From: Nitrospirales bacterium | Lineage (GTDB): Bacteria > Nitrospirota > Nitrospiria > Nitrospirales > UBA8639 | Assembly: GCA_965223295.1 (NCBI GenBank) | Contig: CBDCWC010000002.1 | Coordinates: 1,248,001-1,312,000 of the forward strand | Direction: 5' to 3' | Length of the DNA: 64,000 nt | In this document: positions 37,133 to 47,607 of the stretch, in pieces | Numbering within the stretch: position 1 is the stretch's first letter | How the letters are laid out: every line of letters begins with the position of its first letter | Notes under the pieces: generated by a model | The model's database searches: none | The model's input: the letters and a program-made list of their open reading frames with translations, nothing else | What the model was told of the DNA's origin: nothing | Made by a program: the position numbers and the translations under genes

Positions 37133-39922
37133 ATGAAATTTCTGAAGTTTCTGGGCTGGTCAGCGGTTGGGCTTTTACTTCTCCTAGGATTAGCCTTTTG
37201 GTATCTCCCAATCTTGGCCAGTATGGCCATTACTCAGGGATTGACGAGCCAAGGATTTGAGAATGTCTCGGCGACTCTGGACTATCCCAGCACAACGACT
37301 CTGAAAATTCGTTCTCTCGCATTCGATTCGCCAACGAAATTCGGCTCAAATTCAATCCGCATTGAAAATACCGATATTACCTATTCTCTGGACTCTCTGT
37401 TGAACCGCATGGTGGAACGGGTGGAGATTGAACACATGGCAATTACTTGGGATTCTTCGCTACTGGAGGGAGATTCCTCCCAATCACCCTCGACAATCGA
37501 ATCTGATATTCCACTCGACTTGAGTAGCTTTGACTCTGGAATTCCGCTCCCAATCCTTCCCTTTCAGCATCTCCACATTCAACAAGCAGACATTTCTAAC
37601 CCTTTGGCACCGCCGGCGCTCAAAAAACTCTCACTCAATGCTACGATCGATGCGATAAAGGAAGGATATGAGGGAAACATGCGACTGAACGGAGAAGAGC
37701 TTCTGCTTAACTCCCTTTCTTTTTCACTGACCAAACAAGGTACGGTAGCTTTTCAGGGAACCCATACAAGCGCTCCAGAACACCGCCTTCTAGAATTAAA
37801 AACTTCGTTACATCAATCCAACTCGGGGCTAAGCCTTCAAGGCAAAACGCTTCTCAAGCTTCATCCTATTATTCACACGCTCTCCGCACTGCACCCACTT
37901 CCCCCACATTACCAAGACATCTCGGGAACCTTATCTGGGAAGTGGACAGGGGTAATCAATGAACAACCATCACCCACGGGTTCAGTCATCGGACCGATTC
38001 AGGGCAAGTTTTCCCTTGATGCTCAGGTACCTACTTGGCCCCCCTTTGCCCACAACATACAGCTTCAAACAAAAGGAACAGTGACTGTCACCAATGAACG
38101 TGCCATCCTGGCGGTTCAACCTTCATCCTCCGGCTCGGTTACCGTCGCAATGGGCTCTTTCATTCCGCCAGTGATCGACGCCTTCATCAGACATGACAAC
38201 CGCCGGTCCGTGGACTGGAACATTCGGAAACCCATTCATGTAGAGGTCCCGATACAGCAAAAGGTTGAGACGATCCGAATCTCCTCAGGAAACATTCACA
38301 TGGCCGTCAACAACGCCTCCGAACAATTGACCATGTTCCTTTCTCCCAAAGACCTTCTCTGGACCGCAACCAGCGGGGTTGCCGGCAAGGCTCATCTAAA
38401 GCTCAGTACCCAACTCACACCTGGTCCCACACCAACCTGGCACCCCGAAACACTGTTAATCGAGGCTGATGCTAGCATCATAGTATCGCCACAAGACATC
38501 ACTCTAGCTTTCAACTCCTCTTCTTATTTTCACTTTTCAGACATGAAACAGGAGAGCCTGTACGTCCCGACACTTGTTAGCCGCTTTCCAGAAGGGGCAT
38601 CTGCGACGTACCTGCTAGACAAGCGAATATTGACGGTGAGAACTGCCAGGTCAATTCTTTCTCTCCCGTCTGTTTTTATGAAAGATCAAGAATGGACCAT
38701 TCATAAAGTTTTCACCAAGGACCTTACCATCCAAAACACACCAGAGAGTTGGACCATCAATGGAAAGTCAGAGATAAAAAAAGTACATGTACCATTTGAC
38801 GCCATCAAAATCCCAGATTCAAATTGGCAAGCACGGTATTCAGTCAATCCCCAAACTTTGACGGCTTCCTTCAATGGACGAACACTTCAGCATCCCATAC
38901 GCATAGGTGGACAAGCCAAACTGAATCTTGAGAAAGAACAGGCCGTGATTGCAGTATCGATGAAGCCTCTTCTGTTGGCCCCAAAGACCCGAATTCTCAG
39001 CCAAATCATCCAGCCCTGGCCATTACGCGATATGGATGTCACTCACGGTACCATCTCGGCGTCTGCAAAAGTGTCCCTTGCCCAAAATCCAACTACCGCT
39101 GCCATCCCCTTTCACATCACACACCTGCATGGGATTCTCAACTTGAAAGACATCGGTGGATTTTTGAAACCCACTATCTTGGAAGGGTTTACGACGCGCA
39201 TTGAAGTTCTCGGCAACAATGATACATTCCATATTCCCCCCACCCCCCTACGCATACAACGCATTCTATCGGCCGTTGATTTGACCGACACCTCTTTTCT
39301 GCTGTCATCCGGAACTTTTCAGTTAGATTCTCCACCTTCGCTTTCTGTCAGCAATGTTTCCACGCATCTGCTAGGAGGAACCGTTGCCCTCTCGCAAGCC
39401 ACATACGATCCAGCACAGCCTGGTCAAAACTTAGCCTTAGAAGTCCAAGGGATGGATCTGAACGAGATACTCCTCCTGGAACAGCAAGAAACAGTAAAAG
39501 GCACAGGCACCCTTGACGGCCATCTACCCTTGTTTGTCTCTGGGACAGATGTAGAAATTCATGAAGGCACATTAACCGTCCGCCCACCAGGTGGTATCAT
39601 CCAGATGAACCTATCGGAAGACACAGCGGATAGTTGGTCCAAAAGCCAACCCCATTTAGATCTCATCGTCCAAAGCTTAGAAAATTTTCACTATTCCCAA
39701 TTGGACGTTGGTATCGATTACAACAAACATGGTATCCTGAAATTGGCAACGAAACTTAAAGGGAAAAATCCAGAATACCGCAATGGAGTGCCCATTCATT
39801 TCAACCTCAATATCGAAGAAGACATTCCCGCACTCTTGGAAAGCCTGTCACTCATCAAAAACCTGGAAGAAAAAATTGGCACAATGATGACAGGAGAAGA
39901 ACAATCATCAGAGGAACAGTAG
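37133..39922 (+). CDS. ydbH: YdbH-like (AsmA superfamily) intermembrane lipid transport protein
   Basis: N-terminal TM, beta-rich body, C-terminal G.LDG.LP...LENFHY...G.N...PIHFNLNIEEDI; followed by ynbE and ydbL. Confidence 0.8.
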   Translation: MKFLKFLGWSAVGLLLLLGLAFWYLPILASMAITQGLTSQGFENVSATLDYPSTTTLKIRSLAFDSPTKFGSNSIRIENTDITYSLDSLLNRMVERVEIEHMAITWDSSLLEGDSSQSPSTIESDIPLDLSSFDSGIPLPILPFQHLHIQQADISNPLAPPALKKLSLNATIDAIKEGYEGNMRLNGEELLLNSLSFSLTKQGTVAFQGTHTSAPEHRLLELKTSLHQSNSGLSLQGKTLLKLHPIIHTLSALHPLPPHYQDISGTLSGKWTGVINEQPSPTGSVIGPIQGKFSLDAQVPTWPPFAHNIQLQTKGTVTVTNERAILAVQPSSSGSVTVAMGSFIPPVIDAFIRHDNRRSVDWNIRKPIHVEVPIQQKVETIRISSGNIHMAVNNASEQLTMFLSPKDLLWTATSGVAGKAHLKLSTQLTPGPTPTWHPETLLIEADASIIVSPQDITLAFNSSSYFHFSDMKQESLYVPTLVSRFPEGASATYLLDKRILTVRTARSILSLPSVFMKDQEWTIHKVFTKDLTIQNTPESWTINGKSEIKKVHVPFDAIKIPDSNWQARYSVNPQTLTASFNGRTLQHPIRIGGQAKLNLEKEQAVIAVSMKPLLLAPKTRILSQIIQPWPLRDMDVTHGTISASAKVSLAQNPTTAAIPFHITHLHGILNLKDIGGFLKPTILEGFTTRIEVLGNNDTFHIPPTPLRIQRILSAVDLTDTSFLLSSGTFQLDSPPSLSVSNVSTHLLGGTVALSQATYDPAQPGQNLALEVQGMDLNEILLLEQQETVKGTGTLDGHLPLFVSGTDVEIHEGTLTVRPPGGIIQMNLSEDTADSWSKSQPHLDLIVQSLENFHYSQLDVGIDYNKHGILKLATKLKGKNPEYRNGVPIHFNLNIEEDIPALLESLSLIKNLEEKIGTMMTGEEQSSEEQ

Positions 39923-39998
39923 TATCTCTGCTTCAGCGATCACCCGTGACAGAATGCCGTTCAAAGCCATCGTTATATACTGCAGACAAGGGGACTTT

Positions 39999-40220
39999 AT
40001 GATTCGACAATTTCAACCCAACCAGATATTTCGAAGCCTTGGAATCTTCCTTGTGGTTCTTTCAGCGGGGGTACTGCTAAATTGCACGCCTCGCGTAGAA
40101 GTGGCTGTGCCTGAAGAACCCATTACTGTCAACTTAAATGTCAAAATCGACCATGAAGTCCGTGTCAAAGTCGAAAAAGATTTAGACAATGTCTTTACCG
40201 ATCAAAGCGGACTCTTCTAA
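39999..40220 (+). CDS. ynbE: YnbE family lipoprotein
   Basis: CTPRVEVAVPEEPITVNLNVKIDHEVRVKV...LF. Confidence 0.88.
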   Translation: MIRQFQPNQIFRSLGIFLVVLSAGVLLNCTPRVEVAVPEEPITVNLNVKIDHEVRVKVEKDLDNVFTDQSGLF

Positions 40221-40238
40221 AAAACACGAGGTATCATT

Positions 40239-40595
40239 ATGACTCCATCAACTTACAACCCAAGATTCTTTGGCATTGTCTTGTGCAGCCTACTGCTCGC
40301 TCTCACACCCCTCATTGCTTTTGGGCTCTCCCTTGACGAAGCTAAACAACAAGGCTTACTCGGAGAACGCCCTGACGGATACTTAGGTGTTGCTAATCCA
40401 TCTGCATCTGCTGAAGCCGTCGCACTCATGAAAGACATCAATCGAAAACGACGAGAAGTCTACAAAGGGATTGCCGAGAAAAACGGCACCGAACTTTCAG
40501 CAGTCGAAGCTCTGGCGGGGGAAAAAGCCATCAAAAAAACCCAATCCGGCCAAGCCATCATGCAACCCAACGGCACCTGGATACAGAAGCCTTAA
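40239..40595 (+). CDS. ydbL: YdbL (DUF1318) family protein
   Basis: LDEAKQQGLLGERPDGYLG, IN.KR...Y..IA.KNG. Confidence 0.88.
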   Translation: MTPSTYNPRFFGIVLCSLLLALTPLIAFGLSLDEAKQQGLLGERPDGYLGVANPSASAEAVALMKDINRKRREVYKGIAEKNGTELSAVEALAGEKAIKKTQSGQAIMQPNGTWIQKP

Positions 40596-40756
40596 CCATA
40601 CCTAATCTCAGATTTATGTTGCTAACGACATAAGTAAAGAGGCTACTTAAAGCCATAGTGCCCTTATCTATATTCACTGAGAAGATACCTCAACTTCATA
40701 AACACAGAAAGACATCCATCCAGGGTTATAGAGACAAATCTCGTAAAGCTTAAAAT

Positions 40757-40775
40757 AAGGGTCCTGACACCTTAT
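40757..40775. repeat. Minimal REP-like palindrome
   Basis: TAAGGGTCCTGACACCTTA, related to the ends of the 80-bp elements. Confidence 0.45.
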
Positions 40776-41055
40776 TTTTTATAAATTCACCTGTTTTTCA
40801 TTTGCATCGCCTGCAACACAATCACAACCATTGCTACATCCAAAGATTCGGCAAGCACCTATTTAAGCACAGCAAGTTGCGCCGCTATTGGATGCAGCAA
40901 GGCTCTTTCTATTTCACAAATCTACGCCGGGCGACAATAGTTTTGGGCCCTTTTGCCGAAACAAAAGGGCTTCGGCTGCTGGGCCGAAACCCAGCAAACA
41001 TTCAATTCCTAGGAAATTCTTTCCGACAAAGGTTACATCACTTTTTTCTACAGCC

Positions 41056-41610
41056 ATGAAAACTCCTACACCATCTTTCGAATTCCAGTTTTCCCTAACA
41101 ACGCAAGATTTTTGGGATTTCCAGCAGCTACTGCAAAAACGTTTAAATACTCCGCCATTAGGCCCAAGAATAAAAAATCTTCTGTTTTGGATTTTTCTAT
41201 GTTTCTTCTTGATTATTATAGCGGGAGGAGTAAAGGATATAGTGTTTAGCACCCCCCTATTAGTAGGGCTAGCTACAGGTCTATGCACATTTGTATTGTT
41301 CGCCAAATATACGCAGGCTTCATTTAAAAAAACATGCACTCCTATGCCTCACGGTATCATATTGAGTGAACGAAAGTTGCTTGTCACCGAGAGTGGCGTA
41401 ACACAAGAATGGAAAGAGGCCGAAGGTTGTATATCTTGGTCATTAATTGAAGATATCTACGAAAATGATACTCTTATTTTATTGAAAGTCGATTCAATTT
41501 TAGGCATTCCTATCCCCAATCGAGTTTTTTCTACAGACACAGAAAAACAAAAATTTCTTTCACGCATCAGAGAATTTTGGAAGCTACAACATCCTCAAAC
41601 CAAAACCTAA
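41056..41610 (+). CDS. YcxB-like membrane protein
   Basis: Two TMs, then SW..I..I.E....ILL......IPIPNRVF; visibly AT-rich. Start 41056 preferred over 40888. Confidence 0.7.
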   Translation: MKTPTPSFEFQFSLTTQDFWDFQQLLQKRLNTPPLGPRIKNLLFWIFLCFFLIIIAGGVKDIVFSTPLLVGLATGLCTFVLFAKYTQASFKKTCTPMPHGIILSERKLLVTESGVTQEWKEAEGCISWSLIEDIYENDTLILLKVDSILGIPIPNRVFSTDTEKQKFLSRIREFWKLQHPQTKT

Positions 41611-41690
41611 TGCTTATAATCCTTTTAGGTCACATGTGGCATAGTCAAAAGACTTGTTGAATCCAAAAAATTCAGCAAGCACTTGCTTAT

Positions 41691-41770
41691 AAGGGGTCAG
41701 ACTCGATTAAATTTCACCTTTTGCTCTGTAGCGAAGTGATGTTTGTTGAATTTATCGAGTCTGACCCCTT
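41691..41770 (+). repeat. 80-bp palindromic REPIN/MITE-like element, copy 1
   Basis: AAGGGGTCAGACTCGATTAAATT-spacer-AATTTATCGAGTCTGACCCCTT. Confidence 0.9.
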
Positions 41771-41808
41771 ATTGCAGGAATATATAGACAGAGCCCCTTG
41801 ACTGAAAA

Positions 41809-42786
41809 TCACACCACCTCGGCCTTCAGCTTCGCTGGGATTTGGGCATCCTTAAAAATTTCCGTGGGGAAAGTGGGTTGTATCCCAACGGTCTCTAACG
41901 TTTCGACAATTCTTCCTGGACGACCCCAGTCACTCCACAAGACCTTTTCCAATTCCATGACCCCTAATTGCCCAGAAAGGGGCTGCAAAACTTCATGTGA
42001 GAAATTGGAGGTGGGCATATCGCGGTAGATGGCTTGAAGAACAGATTCCTCTTCCGGAGTTCCAATGCTTTGCCGTAAACGCTCAAATCGCTCCATCACC
42101 TCAGGAACACAGTCCCACCCAGCCGTCCACAACGTTTCGGCGTTCGCCACAAGAACCAAGGTATTCCATACGGCTCCTTGACTCATCAAACTCACGGCAT
42201 CCGCTGATCGAGGCTTTTCAACAAACTCTCGAACACGGCGAATACATGACCCCTCACTCCATCCCAAAACTTTTCCTTGGGTGATCCACCCATAGTCAAG
42301 CTCGAGATGAGAAGGGCGCACACCCAACAGAATCATCTGATCCCGCCAAACATCAACCGCCCGTACAGCCCGCCGCACTATTTCCACAAATTGACCTTCG
42401 GGAAACACAAAATGATCAGACGGAAAAATCACGACGACAGATTGAGGATCCCAGGTTTTTACATAGGTCAATGGGAGAAACACTCCTGGCGACGTCCCAC
42501 AATTCCGCGGCTGCAGAATCACTGTTCCTTCACGTTGATCTTGGAAATGTCCACCCGATCGTTGCTGATGCGTTCGGCCAACAACCGTCACCTTTCTGCA
42601 CGGCTGAACAATCTGGTTCGCCCGCCCCCATGTATGTTGCAACATGGACCTGGTGCCAACAAAGGTACAATATTGTTTTGGCAACGAGTATCCCAACCAT
42701 CTTCGAATACAAGGCTGAATTCGTTCACCATCACCCCCAGCCAATACGATGGACCACCGAGAGGACATTCGACTTTGCGCACTCAT
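41809..42786 (-). CDS. Mannose-1-phosphate guanylyltransferase-like sugar nucleotidyltransferase (no PMI domain)
   Basis: LAGGDGER, PKQY, QPRNCGT, PSDH, YGWI, FVEKP, WSDWG; SD AGGAGG. Confidence 0.85.
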   Translation of the reverse strand: MSAQSRMSSRWSIVLAGGDGERIQPCIRRWLGYSLPKQYCTFVGTRSMLQHTWGRANQIVQPCRKVTVVGRTHQQRSGGHFQDQREGTVILQPRNCGTSPGVFLPLTYVKTWDPQSVVVIFPSDHFVFPEGQFVEIVRRAVRAVDVWRDQMILLGVRPSHLELDYGWITQGKVLGWSEGSCIRRVREFVEKPRSADAVSLMSQGAVWNTLVLVANAETLWTAGWDCVPEVMERFERLRQSIGTPEEESVLQAIYRDMPTSNFSHEVLQPLSGQLGVMELEKVLWSDWGRPGRIVETLETVGIQPTFPTEIFKDAQIPAKLKAEVV

Positions 42787-43135
42787 AAGAGACCTCCTGG
42801 AGATATATACATCATGATCACATCGATTCTCACTAAAATATCAACGCAGCCTACAGAACGGAACAACATGAACGATTTACAACTGCTCCTCGTTCATCTA
42901 GATCCACAAAGACAGAACTGGAGCTCCCGCATCTGCGTCACACTCAAAACAAAAATTCGAGCTTAGGAGCTACGAGAAAAAACAGATGAGTACGGAAAGA
43001 AAAAAATAAAGCAGAATAAAAGATAATGATAGCGAATGAAGAGACCAACACTATGCCAGAACTACATGAAAAAAGAAACAGCTGAATGAGGCAAACCCGA
43101 AAAAAATTTTACCTAAGCTCAGTACCTCATTAATT

Positions 43136-43216
43136 AAGGGGTCAGACTCGATTAAATTCAACAAACATCACTTCGCTACAGAGCAAAAGGTAAAATTTAA
43201 TCGAGTCTGACCCCTT
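43136..43216 (-). repeat. 81-bp palindromic element, copy 2, inverted relative to copy 1
   Basis: Reverse complement matches 41691-41770 except one substitution and one indel. Confidence 0.9.
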
Positions 43217-43232
43217 AAAACAGGAAACTGGA

Positions 43233-43871
43233 TCACAAGAGACTCTTTCGTAAAGTGTTGATTTGCTTCATAATTTCTTTTGTGCATGATTGGATGGATT
43301 TTTTACTGGGTTTGGTTTCTTGAGGAAAGTACAACGGCTTGCCATAGCAAATTTTCGCTTTACTGGGAACGACTAGCGTTTTGACCATTGATGTCACAGA
43401 ATGGGGGCCTTCCCAGATAATGGAGGCTGGGATCACTGACGCTCCCGACTTGATAGCCAAATAGCCAATTCCTGGATGCCCTTCATCCATCCGATGCCGA
43501 TCCAATCCACCCTCAGGGAAAAGGCCAATCACCTCACTAGCGGCTAATTCCTCCAGCATAGTTCGAATGGCCTTCACATCTCGTTTCCCGCGCTGAACAG
43601 GAATGCAGCCATATGCTTCAAATGCCCACCGAATATGCGGCAGGGCGTAAATCTCTTGCGCCATGAGAAACCGAATGGGCCGGCCCGCCGTGGCTGCGAG
43701 CACTAACGGGTCACCCAGAGAAGTATGGTCGCATACAATCAGCGCCGGTCCATGAAGGGGAATGGGCGATTGTTCAGGCGCCTTCACTCCATACATGACC
43801 TGACACACCCAGGTATTGAGTTGATGAAGAAAAGTATAGAGGAAACCTCGTTTTTTGGATGGAGCAGACAA
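43233..43871 (-). CDS. plsC: 1-acyl-sn-glycerol-3-phosphate acyltransferase
   Basis: DHTSLGD (HxxxxD) and FPEG motifs. Confidence 0.85.
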   Translation of the reverse strand: MSAPSKKRGFLYTFLHQLNTWVCQVMYGVKAPEQSPIPLHGPALIVCDHTSLGDPLVLAATAGRPIRFLMAQEIYALPHIRWAFEAYGCIPVQRGKRDVKAIRTMLEELAASEVIGLFPEGGLDRHRMDEGHPGIGYLAIKSGASVIPASIIWEGPHSVTSMVKTLVVPSKAKICYGKPLYFPQETKPSKKSIQSCTKEIMKQINTLRKSLL

Positions 43872-43978
43872 CGTGGAGGCAAGAAAGAGATATGTGTAGC
43901 GGCTAAATCACGTTTCCCAATCCCATGGCTGTCGGAAACATGTCCCGTAGGTCTAAGGGCCAACTGACAGGAAACAGG

Positions 43979-44473
43979 TTAAGGACGAGTACTTTGTGCT
44001 TCAGCCGTACCAGCAGAATCAGATGATGCGTCTCCTTCAGAATCAGCCTCCGAATCCCCGGACCTTTCTTCATCGGTCTCATCATCACCTTCTTCTTCTG
44101 GCTCCTCAAACCAATTGACGAGCATATCTTCCCACCACACCAGATCAACGTCTGCACCAGGATCTTCCCCGAGAAATGCAACATGCTCCTTGGTAAAGTC
44201 AGGATCGATTACCGTAGGCTTGAACAACGCTCGATCAATAACCTCTTTGGTGGCAAAGCCTCCAACAATCCAGGAAGGGGGGTCGGCTCGTCTGGACTTA
44301 TACGCTTGGAGCGCAACCTTGAGATATAAGAATATCTTTCGCTGTACATCATCATTGAACCCCGAAGGGGGCAAACCTAATGTTTTTTCTATTTTCTTTC
44401 GCCATTCCCGTTGATCATATCGGGAGGTGATGAGTTGAAGGGCTTTGACCCCATCTTCTGGCTCAAGTGGCAT
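43979..44473 (-). CDS. Hypothetical protein with an acidic C-terminal tail
   Basis: 164-aa ORF with SD GGAG, downstream of pmbA. Confidence 0.75.
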   Translation of the reverse strand: MPLEPEDGVKALQLITSRYDQREWRKKIEKTLGLPPSGFNDDVQRKIFLYLKVALQAYKSRRADPPSWIVGGFATKEVIDRALFKPTVIDPDFTKEHVAFLGEDPGADVDLVWWEDMLVNWFEEPEEEGDDETDEERSGDSEADSEGDASSDSAGTAEAQSTRP

Positions 44474-44528
44474 ATGACTTCTCCATCACACGATTCGTCG
44501 TCACAACAATTGATTGTGGTCTATTTTC

Positions 44529-45899
44529 TTACTGCCCCGCAACCATCATTTTTCGCAGTTTGACGGTTGGACTGGCCGTTCGGCCTCGAAAGATCAAGTC
44601 GTTCCCAATTATCTCAATATCATGAAACATGTCCTTTAAGTTTCCAGCGATGGTCACTTCTTCAACCGGATGGACAATTTCTCCATTTTCTATCCAAAAT
44701 CCCACGGCTCCTCGGGAATAGTCTCCCGTCACCATATTGACCCCAAATCCAATGAGTTCCGTCACCAGCAGCCCACGCTTTGTTGATTGTACAATCTCTT
44801 CTGGCGATACGGTACCAGGCGACATGAATAAGTTTGTCGTCCCCACCGTTGGATTTTCACCAACGGAGCGCGAGGCATTGCCCGTAGACGGCATACCCAA
44901 TTTTCGCCCGGAGTAGGTATCCAATAAATAACTGGTCAAGACGCCCTTATCGACGACAACATTTCTTCGAGTGGGTAACCCTTCCCCATCAAAGGGACGA
45001 GAACCTAAGCCGTTGGCTAACCGACCATCGTCCACCACGGTGACTGATTCAGCCGCAATCTTTTTCCCTAGTTGTCCCATCAGAAAGGAGGCACCTTTAT
45101 AAAGCGAATATCCCGATACGGCTGAAGCAATATGGCCCAACAAGCCTTTGGCCATTTCCGGATCGAAAATAACCGGCACCTCCTGCGTGGCAATAGATCG
45201 GCTTCCCAGCCGTCTCACCGTGCGGCGGGCCGCCTCCTGTCCAATTTCCTCAGGACTTTCTAATTCTTGGAATTTTCGTTTCATCGAATACCAATAATCC
45301 CGCTGCATACCGCCATTTTGGCTATCCATCGCAATGGGCGAAACCGAGACAGAATATGAAGAACTGGAATAGGAACCAACAAACCCATGAGAGTTCGCCA
45401 GTAAAATCGAGCCATACCCAGCCGAGCAATCGGCGCCCTCAGAATTTGTCACCCGCGAGTCGGCGTCGAAAGCCGATTTTTCTGCGCGTTGAGCCAGGTT
45501 GATTTCTTCATCAACCGTCAGTTGCCGGCTATCTCGCATATCCATATCAGGAATATCAGAAGTCATTTGATCAGAAGCAGGCAATCCTGATGTTTCATCT
45601 TCCACGACCGCTTTGGCTAAGCTACAGGTATCATTCACCAAACGATCTAACGAGGCCTCGGAAAAATCCGATGTCGACGAGCTGGCAGACCGCTTACCAA
45701 AGAACACACGAATACCTAAGACTTTCTCACGCGCCTTCGAAAGCCTCTCCACTTCTGACATGCGCACTTGCACTGATACGGAATCCCCTTCAGCGACAAG
45801 AAGGTCCGCTTCTGTGGCGCCTAACGACTTGGCTCGAGTGAGCACAGCTGCCGCTAAATCAGGAAAACGGTCAACCTGCATGGTTGGGACATTGGTCAT
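44529..45899 (-). CDS. pmbA: TldE/PmbA protease subunit
   Basis: RPFDGEG, STGNA, TGDYSRGA, EVTIAGNL. Confidence 0.93.
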   Translation of the reverse strand: MTNVPTMQVDRFPDLAAAVLTRAKSLGATEADLLVAEGDSVSVQVRMSEVERLSKAREKVLGIRVFFGKRSASSSTSDFSEASLDRLVNDTCSLAKAVVEDETSGLPASDQMTSDIPDMDMRDSRQLTVDEEINLAQRAEKSAFDADSRVTNSEGADCSAGYGSILLANSHGFVGSYSSSSYSVSVSPIAMDSQNGGMQRDYWYSMKRKFQELESPEEIGQEAARRTVRRLGSRSIATQEVPVIFDPEMAKGLLGHIASAVSGYSLYKGASFLMGQLGKKIAAESVTVVDDGRLANGLGSRPFDGEGLPTRRNVVVDKGVLTSYLLDTYSGRKLGMPSTGNASRSVGENPTVGTTNLFMSPGTVSPEEIVQSTKRGLLVTELIGFGVNMVTGDYSRGAVGFWIENGEIVHPVEEVTIAGNLKDMFHDIEIIGNDLIFRGRTASPTVKLRKMMVAGQ

Positions 45900-45936
45900 C
45901 GTTTAAAAGGAAAAAAGTTAAACGGGAGGTGTTCCA

Positions 45937-47367
45937 TTAGCCAAGGGCAGTTCCACCAACGGTCATCTCGTCAACTTTGATAGTGGGAAGCCCTACGCCG
46001 ACTGGAACGGATTGGCCTTCTTTTCCACAAGTCCCAATGCCTTCATCTAGCTTCATATCATGTCCCACTGCCGAGACCTTTTTGAGAACATCGGGACCAT
46101 TGCCAATCAACGTTGCCCCTTTGACAGGTTTGGTCACTTTCCCATCTTCAATGAGGTAGGCTTCACTGGCTGAAAACACAAACTTGCCGCTGGTGATATC
46201 TACTTGTCCGCCCCCAAATGAGGCCGCATACAATCCTTTTTTCACTGACCGGATAATGTCATCAGGTTCCGACTCTCCAGCCAACATGAACGTATTCGTC
46301 ATCCGAGGGAGCACAACGCTACGAAAATCTTCTCTCCGCCCATTACCAGTCAAGGGAATACCCATCAAGCGAGCATTCATCCGATCCGTGATATAGCCGC
46401 GTAAAATACCTTTTTCAATAAGCATGGTTCGGGAAGTGGGCGTCCCCTCATCATCAATATTCATGGAGCCACGACGAAATGGCAGAGTTCCATCATCCAC
46501 AATGGTACAGAGTTCGGAAGCCACAGGCTGCCCAATCAAATCGCTAAAAGCCGAGGTCTTACGACGATTAAAATCAGCCTCTAGCCCGTGGCCAATCGCT
46601 TCATGCAACAAGATTCCCGGCCACCCGCCACCTAGCACCACCGGCATCAATCCGGCTGGAGCGTCCACGGCATCTAAATTCACGATGGCTTGGCGCGCAG
46701 CTTCTCTGGCAAATTCCAAAGCTCTCTCGTTTTCAACAAAGAAAGAAAAACCAACTCGTCCTCCTCCCCCGTAACTTCCCACTTGTCTATTCTCACCATC
46801 TTCGGCAATACAGGTGACTTGAAGACGTGCGAGCGGCTGCACATCTCCCACAAGTCGACCTTCTGAATTCATCACCAAAAATATTTTTTGTTCAGTATTA
46901 AATGATGCCATCACTTTGGCGATGCGAGGATCATATTTTCTAGCTTCCACATCAATATCATTTAGTAAATCAACACGGACTTCTGTCGTAATATCGGTCA
47001 ACGATTGTGTGAGCGGATACAGATTCTGCGAAGGGCCCGTCCGATGAGTCACGGCAACGGGGGTTTCTCCTTGTGGAGACTCTGCAATGTATCGTGCCGT
47101 TTCAGCCGCCTGTTCTAAATCTCGAACCGAGAGGTCATCTGAGTAGGCAAAGCCCGTGCGCTCCCCTGCCACCGCTCGAATCCCTACACCTTGAGCGACA
47201 TTTTTCACAGCACGCTTTACCAAGCTTTCTTCCATGGAAACTGAATCTGTCACCGAAGACTCCAAATACATATCCGCGTAATCCACATCCCGAGCCTTTG
47301 CTTTATTCAAGGCCTGAAGAATATCTTGTTCTCGAAGAGCAAAATCTGAGGGGTTGGGAGTTTTCAT
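45937..47367 (-). CDS. tldD: TldD metalloprotease
   Basis: GILLHEAIGHGLEAD, DDEGTP, PRMTNT, CGKEGQSVPV. Start at ATG 47367. Confidence 0.95.
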   Translation of the reverse strand: MKTPNPSDFALREQDILQALNKAKARDVDYADMYLESSVTDSVSMEESLVKRAVKNVAQGVGIRAVAGERTGFAYSDDLSVRDLEQAAETARYIAESPQGETPVAVTHRTGPSQNLYPLTQSLTDITTEVRVDLLNDIDVEARKYDPRIAKVMASFNTEQKIFLVMNSEGRLVGDVQPLARLQVTCIAEDGENRQVGSYGGGGRVGFSFFVENERALEFAREAARQAIVNLDAVDAPAGLMPVVLGGGWPGILLHEAIGHGLEADFNRRKTSAFSDLIGQPVASELCTIVDDGTLPFRRGSMNIDDEGTPTSRTMLIEKGILRGYITDRMNARLMGIPLTGNGRREDFRSVVLPRMTNTFMLAGESEPDDIIRSVKKGLYAASFGGGQVDITSGKFVFSASEAYLIEDGKVTKPVKGATLIGNGPDVLKKVSAVGHDMKLDEGIGTCGKEGQSVPVGVGLPTIKVDEMTVGGTALG

Positions 47368-47483
47368 ACTAATGGAATGTTTTCGGATTGAAAGACGAGA
47401 GCGCCAGATAGAGGGAAAATAGTATAGCCCATCTCCTTGATGTGCGCAATTTTGTTCACAGCAACAAACCTCATCAGAAGAAT

Positions 47484-47512
47484 TTGACAAGAATCTTATT
47501 CATTATTAGACT
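47484..47512 (+). promoter_or_regulatory. Sigma70 promoter for the uppS operon
   Basis: TTGACA-17 nt-TAGACT. Confidence 0.65.
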
Positions 47513-47607
47513 GAATTTGTTCACAAATCTCTTATGTTTGTGAATGAATCGATTCCCCCTATACGGATTCCGGCTTTTACCTCGACACGTAACGTTCTGC
47601 GTCTTTC

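Noticed and set aside
42277-42966. 229-aa plus-strand ORF
   Set aside because: Antisense shadow of the manC-like gene with no recognisable motifs.
43040-43062. Possible sigma54 promoter (TGGCATAG) upstream of the manC-like gene; similar TGGCATGG at ~12750
   Set aside because: No GC at the -12 position with 10-nt spacing.
41691-43216. Integron attC sites
   Set aside because: No RYYYAAC/GTTRRRY ends, the two sites are inverted rather than direct, and no integrase is present.
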